Below are positions 12,048-26,000 of a DNA stretch of 64,000 nucleotides, in pieces. Positions within the stretch are counted from its first letter, which is position 1. Each line of letters opens with the position of its first letter. The stretch spans positions 159,898,001 to 159,962,000 of the forward strand of contig OZ024743.1 of assembly GCA_964016885.1 (NCBI GenBank), read 5' to 3'. A program made the position numbers and the translations under genes. The stretch is from Eledone cirrhosa. Taxonomy: Eukaryota. The notes under the pieces are model-generated. The model was not told the origin of the DNA. It saw only the letters and a list, made by a program, of their open reading frames with translations, and ran no database searches.

Positions 12048-12085
<38 letters not shown>

Positions 12086-12109
12086 TTATATATTTATATA
12101 TATAAATTA

Positions 12110-12141
<32 letters not shown>

Positions 12142-12216
12142 ACTTTGAAATATATCTATCTAAATAAAGAAATATATATATATATTTCATTATCTAGAGT
12201 TCAAATCCCGCCGAGG

Positions 12217-12246
<30 letters not shown>

Positions 12247-12247
<1 letters not shown>

Positions 12248-12716
12248 CAAAATAACAGATTAAAGTTTAAGCAAATAATTACTGCTTTCACTCTTAACGG
12301 GATCTTCTGAAACTAACAAAGTCATTCTGTGAAGGCAGAAGTAAATATTTCAAAACATGTTGCAACCGGAGGAAGACAAGAAGACGATACTTTGGTTCGA
12401 GGAAACGTTCCCTGGCAAACAACGGGAAAAAACGAAAGTAATACGTTATTATTTGGAGCGGTGAAAAACAATTACACGAACCAAAGTATCGTCTTCTTCT
12501 CTCCACCGGTTGCAACTTTTTTGGAAATATTCACTCCTGCGTTCACAGATTGACTGTGTTAGTTCCAGAAGATTCCGTGAAAACAGCGATTCTTTGCTTT
12601 AACTTTAATTTGTTATTTTAATAAATATTTGCTCTACGGTTCTTATATATTTGATATATATTTATCCTTATCGAGCCCTTTTTGGATTTTAGTCTTCAAA
12701 TTTATTATTATTACTA
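12247..12716. mobile_element. Head-to-head inverted element, family G (CAGAAGA hammerhead-like), with ~95-nt tail
   Basis: 12247-12400 is the reverse complement of 12476-12622. Related copies at 18030-18705 and 21857-22065. Flanked by (TA)n. Confidence 0.8.
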
Positions 12717-12776
12717 TATACATATATATACATATACAAAGTTGAAAATTGCAAACTTGACTGTCACCACAGAATA

Positions 12777-12815
12777 TGAACCTGAAGATTCCGAAAGCAT
12801 GAAAGTACTTGTTCA
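12777..12815 (+). ncRNA. Minimal type I hammerhead ribozyme
   Basis: tgaac-CTGAAGA-ttccgaaagcat-GAAA-GTAC-TT-gttca. Stem I tgaac/gttca, palindromic stem III AGTACT. Stem II has a mismatch. Lies in a ~220-bp island between (TA)n tracts. Confidence 0.7.
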
Positions 12816-12957
12816 ATTAACACTTAACATTTAATATTCTACCATACTATTTCATTATTATATCTTTATAATTTTAAAGGATCGTAAATAAAACGAGTAA
12901 ATCAGACAAGGTTGAAATACCTTTTATTAATATAATCTTCTATACACAAACCGTGTA

Positions 12958-13019
<62 letters not shown>

Positions 13020-13021
13020 CG

Positions 13022-13057
<36 letters not shown>

Positions 13058-13302
13058 CGGATTTATATATATATATTGCTTCATCCTTCTATGTTGTTTA
13101 CTTGTCTCACTTGCTTTACGCGATTTACTTGTCCCAATAGCTTTATTTAGCTATTGCTCGCACCAACCTGAGGTATGTGATTTTTAATGAGATGAAATAC
13201 CAATGATGGTTGGAAAATCACTGACGAAGGACTATTTTTATCATATGTAACCCATTGCAACCACGCAGTATTCTTCTTTCTTCTCATGTTTATATATATA
13301 TG

Positions 13303-15668
13303 TTTTTTGACAGCGGTAAGAAATTGTTTTCTTATATCAATGTTTAACGGGCTTCCACTGATGATTTATAAGTGCCCACCTAAATATATTCTTACATGAA
13401 TATATATTAGGCTTCTACATGAACTGGAAACATTCTCCCAACTTGTAGAAAACTTATAATGAAACAATTGTTTGGAGAGAGAGATATACTTTAACTTTAA
13501 TTATATCTCATATAATAATACAACTGGTTTTTCCACATTATACATATTGTTAGCACCCCAAACACTTAAATTACGTTTATATTTTAATATAACCTAATGT
13601 TTGTAGAGTGAGATGGTTACCAGTCAGAGTTTAGCTTTAAACTATCTCTGTTATTGTATTAAATATTTACTCTTGATTGGCCAGAGGTGTTTATTTCCAG
13701 GTTCCTTATGAATTTGACTTTCCGTATTTATTACTGTTGTGAAATATTGTGGCCTTTTTTTGGTTGTAACTTGTCTGTTTTTTAGCCTAAGAAAATATAT
13801 ATATATGCCTACGTATATAATTACATGCATATATGTATTTATTTTCTTTTATTAATTGAGTTCTTTACACGAGGAATTAATATTGGTTTTGTAATAACTA
13901 ATTAACCCGCGTGTGTTTTATATTTTACTCTTAATTCGGCCAGAGAATTATATTCCCATTTGCCCTTTATAGCATAACTTTCTGCATTTACTGCGGTTAT
14001 GAGAAGCAGTTCTTATTCGGGTACAACTTCTGATTTAGCCTAAGAAAATATCTATATGCGTGTGTAATTTATACAAGCATATATTTATTTTTTTATTTTC
14101 AATTGAGTTCTTAAACACGTTGGATTGATAATGTTTTCAAAAAAACTAATTAACCCGCGTGTATATTATTATTTGTTTTCCTCATTTCGTGGATCGTGGG
14201 TTGTCTCCCCTTCCCGCTTCGTGTCGCTATGATACTTCCTCAATCAAAAACTACTGGAATTTCAAATTTGGCGGTCATTCGAGGTGAGAGAGAGCAACTT
14301 TACGGACACGATTTTTGACAGCGGTAAGAAATTGTTTTCTTATATCAATGTTTAACGGGCTTCCACTGATGATTTATAAGTGCCCACCTAAATATATTCT
14401 TACATGAATATATATTAGGCTTCAACATAAATGGAAACATTCTCCCAACTTGTAGAAAACTTATAATGAAACAATTGTTTGGAAAGAGAGATATACTTTA
14501 ACTTTAATTATATCTCATAAAATAATACAACTGGTTTTTCCACATTATACATATTGTTAGCACCCCAAACACTTAAATTGGGTTTATATTTTAATATAAC
14601 CTAATGTTTGTTAAGTGAGATGGTTACCAGTCAGAGTTTAGCTTTAAACTATCTCTGTTATTGTATTAAATATTTACTCTTGATTGGTCAGAGGTGTTTA
14701 TTCCCAGGTACCTTATGAATTTGACTTTCCGTATGTATTACTGTTGTGAAATATTGTGGCTTTTTTTTTGTTGTAACTTCTGTTTTTTAGCCTAAGAAAA
14801 TATATATATATGCCTACGTATATAATTACATGCATATATGTATTTATTTTCTTTTATTAATTGAGTTCTTTACACGAGGAATTAATATTGGTTTTGAAAT
14901 AATTAATTAACCCGCGTGTGTTTTATATTTTACTCTTAATTCGGCCGGAGAATTATATTCCCATTTGACCTATATAGCATAACTTTCTGCATTTACTGCG
15001 GTTATGAGAAGCAGTTCTTATTCGGGTACAACTTCTGATTTAGCCTAAGAAAATATCTATATGCGTGTGTAATTTATACAAGCATATATTTATTTTTTTA
15101 TTTTCAATTGAGTTCTTAAACACGTTGGATTGATAATGTTTTCAAAACAACTAATTAACCCGCGTGTATATTATTATTTTTTTTCCTCATTTCGTGGATC
15201 GTGGGTTGTCTCCCCTTCCCGCTTCGTGTCGCTATGATACTTCCTCAGTCAAAAACTGCTGGAATTTCAAATTTGGCGGTCATTCGAGGTGAGAGAGAGC
15301 AACTTTACGGACACGTTTTTTGACAGCGGTAAGAAATTGTTTTCTTATATGTTTAACGGGCTTCCACTGATGATTTATAAGTGCCCACCTAAATATATTC
15401 TTACATGAATATATATTAGGCTTCTACATATACTGGAAACATTCTCCCAACTTGTAGAAAACTTATAATGAAACAATTGTTTGGAAAGAGAGATATACTT
15501 TAACTTTAATTATATCTCATAAAATAATACAACTGGTTTTTCCACATTATACATATTGTTAGCACCCCAAACACTTAAATTGGGTTTATATTTTAATATA
15601 ACCTAATGTTTGTTGAGTGAGATGGTTACCAGTCAGAGTTTAGCTTTAAACTATCTCTGTTATTGTAT

Positions 15669-15752
<84 letters not shown>

Positions 15753-16352
15753 ATTATATTATTATTATATATTATTTTTTTTATTTCAATTGAGTTCTTA
15801 ACACGTTGGATTGATAATGTTTTCGAATAGACTGATTAACTCGCGTGTGTATTATTTTTTTTTCCTCCTTTTGTGGATCGTAGTTGTCTCCCCTTCCCGC
15901 TTAGTGACGCTATAATACTTCCTCAGTCAAAAACTGCTGGAATTTCAAATTTGCCGGTCATTCGATGCGGGAAGGAGCAACTTAACGGACACGACTTTTA
16001 ACTTTGGTAAGAAATGTTTTTCTTATATCAAAGTTTATTGGGCTTCCACTGATGATTTATTAGCGCCCACCTAAATATATTCTTACATGAATGTATATTA
16101 GGCTTCTGCCTAAACTGGAAATATTCTCCGAATTTGTAGAAAACTTATAATGAAACAATTGTTCGGAAAGAGAGATATACTTTAACTTTAATTATATCTC
16201 ATAAAATAATACAACTGGTTTTTCCACATTATACATATTGTTAGCACCCCAAACACTTAAATTGGGTTTAAATTAAAATATAACCTAATGTTTATTGAGT
16301 GAGATGGTTACCAGTCAGAGATTAGCTTTAAACTATCTCTGTTATTGTATTA
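13303..16352 (+). repeat. Tandem array of a ~1005-bp HHR-bearing monomer (starts ~13309, 14317, 15322, ~16000)
   Basis: Periods are 1008, 1005 and ~680 bp (third unit has a deletion replaced by (TA)n). CTGATGA at 13358, 14366, 15367, 16049. GAAACAATTGTT at 13461, 14468, 15470, 16152. Confidence 0.93.
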
Positions 16353-16353
16353 T

Positions 16354-16382
<29 letters not shown>

Positions 16383-16387
<5 letters not shown>

Positions 16388-16571
16388 GATGAGATTCTAC
16401 ATGACTAGAACTGTTTCATTCTTTAGAAATCATCAGGAATTCCTGATGATTTCTAAAGAATGAAACAGTTCTAGTCCTGTAGAATCTCATCTATATTAAA
16501 ACTTTTATACTCTGCAATGTATTGAGTACCTTACTTACTGTGGTTACCTCCGATTCAACACGGAATAACGT
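16383..16571. mobile_element. Family I mini fold-back element: 57-bp-arm palindrome of two outward-facing HHRs plus ~75-nt tail
   Basis: Palindrome 16383-16496 centred on gaattc. attc-CTGATGA-tttctaaagaat-GAAAC-AG-ttctagtc-CT-GTA-gaat. Copies at 58431-58623 and 59134-59326. Confidence 0.9.
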
Positions 16572-16604
16572 ATATTTATATATATATATATATATTAGCG
16601 GATT

Positions 16605-17150
16605 TAGCGAACCGATTAAGTACATACCCAACAATACTAACTCCTTCAAACATAATAATAGGAAAAGAAATAATCTGTTTCACACCCCCTTACTCTCTAC
16701 CAGTTAAAACTAATGTAGGCAAAAAATTCCTAGAGCTCTTAGATAAACATTTTCCTAGAACACATAGATACTATAATATCTTTAATAGAAACTGTGTCAA
16801 AATTAGCTATTCCTGCAGTCCCCCTATTAAATCTTATATCATCAATAAGAAAACACCCAGAGAACATCAAAATTGCTCCTGGAGGGTCAAAAGTGAATGC
16901 ACATTACAAGGTAAATGCAACACTAAAGCCATTGTATATCCGGCTAAATTGACAACCATCAGCAACAACCTACCAGCCACCAGCGAACGATATGTGGGTA
17001 TGACACAAGACAAATACAAAACGCGTTATTACTCACATGTCGCATCTTTCCGACATCCAGAAATAAGATTTACAACAACTCTGGCTAGCAGAATATGGGA
17101 TTTGAAAGACCAAGGTATTTTTCAAATATTTCACTATGTTTTAAATTGCT
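16605..17150 (+). mobile_element. PLE fragment (RT-EN linker and GIY-YIG), Neptune/Nematis-type
   Basis: Translates KTNVGKKFLELLDKHFPRTHRYYNIFNRNCVKISYSC, a Cys linker, and ERYVGMTQDKYKTRYYSH...TTLASRIWDLKD. Confidence 0.85.
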
Positions 17151-18029
17151 TTGTCCGATGAACGAATGAGGACGTTTTTCGTATTCGTTTTATTCGGGTA
17201 TCCTCTGGTAATGAGGTAATTATATTGTATTGTTTATTATACATTAAATTTAGCTCTGGTACTTACATAGAGCACTCTTCACTTCTATGACTTTTTCAAT
17301 TTTCAACGGAAACTTCAATACTTATATATATATATAGTAATAAGAATATTTATATTTATATATGTTTGATACAACTATAAATAAGGAGGGTAGTACTAAA
17401 TTGCACAAAGCCTTCCTGTATTACAGCCTCACGTTATACCCTAACGGATAGCACGATCTATACGTGGATATTTTACGTCTTGATGTGGGAGCTAAGTATA
17501 TGTTTGTTTATTCCTTTACTTATTTGCATAGGTAAGTATATATTACCTGTATGTTTTGTGAAGGTACGTATACCTTCTCGTATGTATATTTGACTGTTAT
17601 GGCGTATAATTTTTACATATTCTGGTATTTAGGGTTTGGCTATGTGTATACGGGAGTTTTGAGTCTGCGTGAGTATGCAGGTTCGTACGTATGGTGGGTG
17701 TGTGTATATGTGTACTTCTTGTTTTAGTTGACTTACGTCTCCTAACATTCGTGTATTTATATGTAGGTATGCGTGTGCGCTTGTTATATACGTATTTATT
17801 TACTTATATACGTTTATATAATTATTTATTTATTTGTACACAAGCATACACACACACACATATTTATATGTGCGTGGTTTTGTAAACCTATGGTAAGGTT
17901 TTGCGTATGCTTGTGTATGTACGTATCTGTTTGCGTGTATGTATTTATTTGTTTCTATTACTTCTGTATTGTATTTATTTACTTTGTTCTTAACTCTGTA
18001 GCGGAGATTCATTTGGTCTCCTAGTTAGA

Positions 18030-18705
18030 ATTTTAGTCTACGACTTCTGCTCACCATTTACGTGATTTTGTCTTTGCGTGCTATTGTTCTCCACGATCCA
18101 CATTTGACTTATTATCTTCGTTTTTTCGTTCATTGCCAGAGAACGTCTATATGCACCACATAAGAGAACATTAGTCTACGACCTCTTTTATACCATAAAC
18201 GTGGTTCTGTCTTTGCGCATAATTGTTTTTCACCGCTCCTATTAATGACGTATTATTCGTTTTTTCCCGTTCTTTGCCAGCGAACGTTACCACGAACCAA
18301 AGTATCGTCTTCCGGTCTTCCTCCGGTTGCAACGTTTTTTGAAATATCCAGTTTTGCGTTTACAGGTTGACTTTTTTAGTTTCAGAAGATCCCGTTAAGG
18401 GTGAAAGCAGCGATTCTTTGCTTAAACTTTAATCTGTTATTTTAATAAATATTTGTTCTACGGTTCTTATATATTTGATATATCGAGCCCTCTTTGGATT
18501 TTAGTCTTCAATTTTATTATTATTACTATATATATATATATATATAGTAATAATAGTAATAATAATAAATTTGAAGACTAATGTCCAAAGAGGGCTCGAT
18601 AAGGATAAATATATATCAAATATATAAGAACCGTAGAGCAAATATTTATTAAAATAACAGATTAAAGTTTAATCTGTTAAACTTTAATCTATTATTTTAA
18701 TAAAT
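18030..18705. mobile_element. Family G element (plus, HHR-like at 18378-18428), then (TA)n and an inverted copy of its tail
   Basis: 18424-18530 is the reverse complement of ~18555-18670. Internal ~138-bp diverged duplication starting tagtctacgac at ~18034 and ~18172. Confidence 0.8.
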
Positions 18706-18725
18706 ATATATATATATATATATAT

Positions 18726-18808
18726 AGAAGAGGAAGACCAAGGTTAACATATGTTGATGCCCTAGGGACAGACACTGGTCTGTTGGAGATGCAGGATATG
18801 GCAGCGAT
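18726..18808 (+). mobile_element. Tiny RTE-like LINE 3' fragment
   Basis: Translates RRGRPRLTYVDALGTDTGL, a typical RTE C-terminus. Confidence 0.55.
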
Positions 18809-19034
18809 ATATATATATATATAGAGAGAGAGAGCAAACAGATCAGAGCAAACAGCACGGACACTCTATCTCAAAATTATTTTTGAAAAGCATTTAGAAA
18901 TGCGCAACCGGTAAAAACTTAAAAAATTAAAACCACAACTGAATACTAACCCATACAATCACTAATACTCTTTTATTCCTAATTAAACCATTTTTCAACT
19001 GTGAACAATTTGTCAGCATTTTCTATTCCGTTTA

Positions 19035-19136
<102 letters not shown>

Positions 19137-21174
19137 GTAGGTGTGCGTTGTGGGAATGGCAATGATATCAAATAGTACTCAATACCATAATTTAGGTATT
19201 TAATTTGGTCGAGTGAAATGAACAGTGGAATGATCTTTCTGTTTCCGTATGTGAAGAAATCAACTAATTCAGCATACTGCCAAGTTGAGAGTGAAGAGTG
19301 GATAAAAAGCAGCGTTGTCACATTTGCTTATTATCTTTTACTTGCCTACAAATGAACCGCGCCTATTTTCTCAAACGCCGCATTGTCAAGTATATTGTCA
19401 ATTATATTATCAGGGATGTCGAGTTAGTCAAGATCTCTTTTCCAGACCAAGCCATTAAAAATAATTCCTACCATCAAGAGAAATGCATATTAACCGTTAT
19501 TTTTTTTATTGTGCTCAAACCTATCCTACTTCAAAGAACATTAAATTACAGCCGATGTAGTTGGGCAGCATATTAATGGCTTTGCAAGTTGCACCAATAT
19601 AGCCCGAGCTATGTAGCTAAGGAAATATCCGTAAGTTATGTAATCATTACCATCGTACTAATTTATACTGAATTAGCATGTGGTAGCAGGAATAAATTAA
19701 CTTTGTGAATGACATAGCACTGTTTATGGGATTCGATCCTCCGACACAGTATGCTTCAGTCAGTATGACTGCAAAGTATCGATTTCACCACTATCTGTTA
19801 ATCATATCCTCCACATTCCCAATATTTGTTCATCGTTCCAGATCACACGTGCGTAAAATTGTTTTCGAACGATATCCATACATGTACATAATTCTTTTTC
19901 TAAATTCTCGTGTTTGTTTGAGCTTGTCTTAGAAATTAAATATATCTGCATTCATAATAACAAATAATATGTATAGTCTGAAAATGAACATCCAGCTGTA
20001 AAATCATAAGTAAGCATCGTCTGTTACTTCTCCTGGTCTACATCACTAAATTTTATGGCGCAAATATTTACAAGCAACTCATGTGGGCGATGATTTAACA
20101 GAATCGTTAGAACGCCAGACAAAATGCTTTACTATATATAATTACGGCCCTTTAAGTTCTGCGTTGAGATCCTAACTAGGTCAATAAAATAAAGTGACAA
20201 TAAAGTCCACTTACCTTGTGCCTAAAATAGAAATCATTATATACTCTTGCTTCTTCTCTTTCTATTGTCGTTCTAGATTTCACGCCTCTGATTAAGTTTT
20301 ACGTGTAATCAAAGTTCATTCCTATAAATGGCTAATATTTTAAACTCTTTTATTTCAATATTTTCTATTCTCGATTTCAAACTTCACATTATTAATTTTG
20401 TCCAGAAATTCCCATAGCTTTGTCTTCGAGGACATTAAATGGCCATCGGAGACATGTTTGTTATCTTTCGACTAAAGGATGAAAACTATCCCATGTATTT
20501 GCTTCTATTCTGTTAACTCTACAGGTAATCGGACATTTCCTAAGAATATTGGTTAATGTATCTCAACAGAGAAATATTGCTTTTGATGCAGGCAAAATAA
20601 AGAAAAGAATATTCTCCTTGTGATCCTGAAATATATGATTTTAAAAATATTACAAACCTGTATCCACAAACAATTATACTAAGAATGTTTGCATTTGTAA
20701 TACTTCACAAGTCAAAATTTATTGTTTGAGCAAATAATACATGGGTTTGTTGAGTGTTGCTAAATTTCCTAAAGATGTAATGTAAATATTGTCGCCCAAA
20801 TTTACCGACTGTAGTCCTTGGTTACCTTTAACAGAATCTCTTTTGTTGCAAGCATTTGAACACTGCTTATGGATGGCTCGATACTTCGATGCACACCTTT
20901 TTAAAAATACAAATTCTGTTGCGTATGTCACTGGTTTTTAGAAGCTACAGGTAGAAGTAATTATCTGGCTTAGTGCAGCGGCATGGATCTAGCCACGTGA
21001 GTCTCTGCAAGAATCATGGTGATGATTAGCACAAACCTGTATGTCATGCATTTTTCTCTCTTTACATCACCACTTGTAAAGTTCATGCTGAGGTCAAAAA
21101 GCTGTTTCCCTCGTTTGGCTAAGTCACACAAAAATAGTAGATATACATCGTTTTACGTCAAAAAGCATATATAT

Positions 21175-22334
21175 GTATCCCGGCATTGCACGGGTAAGAA
21201 CATTGGTAATAGCACCTCCATTGAGAAACGTTTATTTGTGAGTGCCTGTTAAAAACTCACGAAAATATACCGACGGGAAATTTGTTTTATTTGGAGAAAA
21301 TTAAGAAGTTGAAAGTAAAGTTTAGCTGTCTACGTGCATTGTTCATAGAAATATTGTTGATCCACTTCTTTTCATACTCCTCTGTTTTGGCCTTTTGGAG
21401 TAAATGTGAAAGAGAAAGTCACAGGTTAAGTTGGCAGAAGGTTCCAGTGTAATAGCAGTAAGGCGTAGGCTACTTACCTCAAAAGTTCATTCGCACTCTT
21501 TCCACTAAGTTACTCTTTCTCTCTATCCCTCTCGGTGCGAATTTCTCGCGTAGGCCTGGTGTAGATTTGTACCCGATCCATCTGCTCGATGCACATGTCC
21601 ACTTTGCACGGCTTTTGGAGGAAGGAGTGACCAGCAGTACGTTCGGTATTATTACGAAAAGGTGTAGCAGAGAATCCCGCGTGAAGTAACAGCTCGGGAG
21701 GAAACTGCTTACCTCGAAGATTCATTCGCCATCGTTCTTGTCAACGCTCCGTTTAGTTGGTATTTGTTGGTCTACAGTTAGATGAATGGCGCACAAAGGG
21801 TTAATGTTTATTGGCAAGAAGTGGCAACTGGGCTGGCTTGACTCATTTGTATTATATAGTAAAATAATAGATTAAAGTTTAAGCAAAGAATCGCTGCTTT
21901 CACCCTTAACGAGATCTTCTGAAACAAAAAAAATCAATCTGTGAACGCAGAAGTAAATATTTCGAAGAACGTTGCACCCAAAGGAAAAAAGGAAGACGAT
22001 ACTTTGGTTCGTGAAGACGTTCCCTGACAATAAACGGAAAATAGCGAACATAATATGTCATCAATGTTTTTCATAATGTCGAAATGCAGGCAGTCAGGCA
22101 TACAGAAAGATATTATAAGGGCGCGACGGAGATCGATAACCAGCGCCTAGCACCCCTTTAACAACAGAAAATTGAAAAATAAAAGCTGCAGTTAATATAT
22201 TTAGACCGCAAGGAATATATAAATGCAAGTTTGAAGTCAATCCGAGTAGAAATGTGAATTTGTAAAGACTTTGCAAAAATGAGGACACACACAGACACAG
22301 AGAGACAACTACAGTTTTATATATATGTATAGAT
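21175..22334 (-). mobile_element. Non-autonomous Helitron-like element with a nested family G fragment (21857-22065)
   Basis: Minus-strand 5' end TCTATACATATATATAAAA at ~22333. Subterminal GC hairpin cccgtgcaatgccggg at ~21179-21194. Confidence 0.55.
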
Positions 22335-23059
22335 TATAATTGATAATGCACTATACACACACGATCGCATATCCACACATAGAAAAGCATATACGCACAC
22401 ATTCATATATATATATATATATATCCCAAGCCTGTTTCACCCCTACATCGTCCACTCTCACACTTGCGCGCAGACATTCACTTTCTAGCTTCCTTCCAAT
22501 GGTTCTATTACGGTGAGAAAGACACTCTTACAACTTGTATAGACAAACAAAAAACACGGACAAACAACTAACACACACACATACACACTCATAAACTTAC
22601 AAACACATACATATTATCACAGCTTCCTATTTACAACAAAACACACACTGACGCATGTACACATGCACACACTAACGCATGTACGCATGCAGACACCCAC
22701 ACAGGTTCGTACACGCTCTATATACAAAACGGTTTTCCTCCTTTTCAGCTAGACCAGTGCGTTCACCTCTTTTAAAACAAAGTCAACTTATACAAAAACG
22801 CCAGATGTTTACAAGAGATGGCGACTTGAATAGATGGACCAGGTATTTTTCTCTAGGAATATTTTTTACCATTTCTGACACTGCCCACACTCCTCTAACT
22901 TTTTATTTCTTCTTTGATTTCTCTTTTTATTTTTTGATGACAGACTATCTTCCGAAACTTTGAGTCTCTTTTCCTACTATATTATGCATAAAACTAATAA
23001 TATGTATCCTCATTGTACTGTATAGTTTACTTTATTACTTCTGTTTGCCTTTTGTTACA

Positions 23060-26000
23060 TATATGTATGTGTGTATGCTTGTATGTATGTTATGTATGTA
23101 TTTATGTATGTATGTATTTATGTATGTATGTTCTTCTGGCTTTATAATTTCACAAATTTTTGCAAATACAGAGAGAGTCGGTTTCTACATAGATACAAGA
23201 TTCTCGCATTGGAATTTACACAACAACTAGGTAGATATGTATGCATGTCTGCATGAATGCATGTGTGTGCCGGTATGGATGCTGTTGTATGTGTGGATGT
23301 GGATGTATTGAGTTATATGTGTGCATGTGCATATGCTTTATATCTGTACAAGTGTATATACAGTTATTAGCTGCAGAATTGTTGGAATGTTTTACATATT
23401 TTTACTTTTCCATTAATGGATTGTACTTGTATTTTCCTAACTAGTTGTGTTCTTTCTGTTTCTGTGAAGCCCAGCTTCTCAAGATTTGTACTGAGGTAGT
23501 TACTAACATATTCCAGTGCCCCAATTCTCACAGGCATAAATCTGAAGGTATAGTCAGGTTGGAGTATCAGTAGATTTCTCATCAGTTCTGCATCCTTTTC
23601 GCTAATATTTAATATTATATTGGCATCTACTGGGGAACTAACTTCCACTACTGAGTATGCCTTCTTTTCCCTGTCCCATATGATTATATCAGGTCTGTTA
23701 TATCTGCACTTTATTTGGGTTTTACACTGGAACATTCCATCAGTACTCTTTCATATTATGCATATGTATGTTTTCCATATTGCTGTAGCTTTTAATGTGT
23801 TTAGTGCCGGGGCTATCTTTTCTACGGATTGCCTTGTACAGTGTTTTGTCCACTAAATCATGCCTCATAGGTAGATAGTACCGTGATGCCATCTTTGGAC
23901 AGCTGCTTATGACATGGGGGACATCTTCGATGTTAATTCTGCAGAGTCTGCAATTGTCACATCTAAGTGCTTTGCCTGCATCCCTATCTCTTTTGTCAAT
24001 CAGGTATTTCGTGTAGATTTCCTGTTCTCTGATTGAAAAAGCATATCCTTCAATGTGGGAGAAAATATAGCAGTTATTGGTTCAACATAGACTGCTTTGC
24101 TTATGTATATTACTCTCACTCTGGAGCTTCATCGCAACATATCCATGCATGATATTTTTGCTGATAAGCATGCAGTTTTTCCTCCATGGATTCATTCCGG
24201 TACTGCTGAGCAATTTCCTTAGGTGTAATGTATTGATTATCATGCAGGGAGTATCTTTCAAGAAGTTCCTTCCCAACTCTCATGATCTTATCTGTCTCAT
24301 GCAGATAGACTTTCTCAATAGATGGGCTCCTACGATTCGAGGTTTAAATGTTGTCAGAGGGATATGATGCGACACTCAAAGGCTGCCTACCTGCTTACGT
24401 TTCAAGTAGAAGTGGTCTATGTCATTGTTGACGTGGAATTTTCCGGTGTTGTTTAGAATTTGTCAAGTTTTAACATTAATTGCTCGAATTTCGCCTATCG
24501 TTCAATCGAGTATTCCAAAAGTTAGTGTTAGGACAGAAACACATTGTGAGCCACTGTTTTATTGTGCGCAGAGAGTTCTGATGTCCATATTTTCTTAATC
24601 GGGTGTAATATTCCCTGGTTATGCGTTCTTTATTACAAATACCATTACAGGATATATTCTCATCCATCTCCAGGTACCTGTGGCAGTCTTCGTCAGATAT
24701 AGGGGAAACAGTTAGTCTATTGTAACAATGTTGCTCGATTGGTTTGTTGTTCTTCCCCACTTTAGAGTCATATTTCAACATTTCTCTTGACCTGGTTACA
24801 ACATTCTCAAAGGATATAGGAATGGAAATTTGTATATCCTTTGAGAATGTTGTAACCAGGTCAAGATTTTTCTTCGTCCCATTTATGTTCTTGGCACAGA
24901 GCTTCAGGTCATCCACAAAGAATTAAGGGTTAAGTTCGTATTTCTGACTTCCTGTTAGCCAATGATGTATACTTCTCATTTCTTGGGCAGAAACGACAAG
25001 GTATTTAATGACAGGATATATAGTAGCACAGAGAGTCTGTCCCCTTGAAATATACTCCTGTGATATTCTATTTTATCAGTGAAAATAGAGTATTCGTTCT
25101 TCTCTGATTTTAAATTTAGGATAAGAAGAAGACAGCTTCTCTATGGCTCTGATAATAATGTCTGGGACTTTAGCAAGTCGGAGGGCCTCTATCATCCAAA
25201 AGTGGGGAACAGCATTAAAGGGTATCCTGTAGTCCAGCAAGACTGTAGCCATATTCCTCCTAAGGTGTCGCACTTCTGACATTGCAGTTTTGTTGATTGT
25301 GAGTTGTTCAGCACAACCCCAACTACCTTTCCAGCTGCCTGTTCATCTGTGATGATGTTATTATTTTCACAGTGACAGTGGAGGAATCTGTTCAGTCAGG
25401 CTGTATACATCTTATGCATCAGGTTCTGGCATGCAATGGGTCGGTAGTTTTTTGCCAAGTGGGTGTATTTGTTCTTGGGGACTAGTAATGTTTGTGCTAA
25501 TGTCAACCATTCTGGTATAAGTGTACCTCTCTTAAGCACTTGTTGGTAGAGGTCAGTAAGATACCTCCGATAGAATATCAGTAGCCGGCAATCATGTCTC
25601 TTCCTGGTGTTTTCTTATGATGGAGTTTTCCTGTCACAGTCTCAAGGGTATCCACATATATTTCGTATGTATTTGTTTTAGTGTAGAGCAATAGTTCTTT
25701 TGGATTTCTTTTAACCCCACTGCATCTTGGTTGAAATCCTTCTTTTCACCCCATATTTTCCACCAGAAGGAATCTATGTCTTTCTGGGATGTGGCCTCAG
25801 TGTCATTTATTACTTTGCCCTTCATATCTCTATAGACTGATGTTTGGATTCGTCTGAATCTTTTATGAAGTACTTTTCTTTCATCTACCTTCTTCAGGCA
25901 TCGGCGTTTCTCGCTGACAGCTCTCACTTTTTGTTTGAGGGTGATCAGCTTATATTGTATAATTCTGGTTGTACTGTCACCAAACATCGTTTCTATTTTA

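Noticed and set aside
13303-16352. CRISPR-like or classical satellite interpretation of the tandem array
   Set aside because: No short repeat/unique spacer structure; the units are ~1 kb, each with a ribozyme, in eukaryotic DNA.
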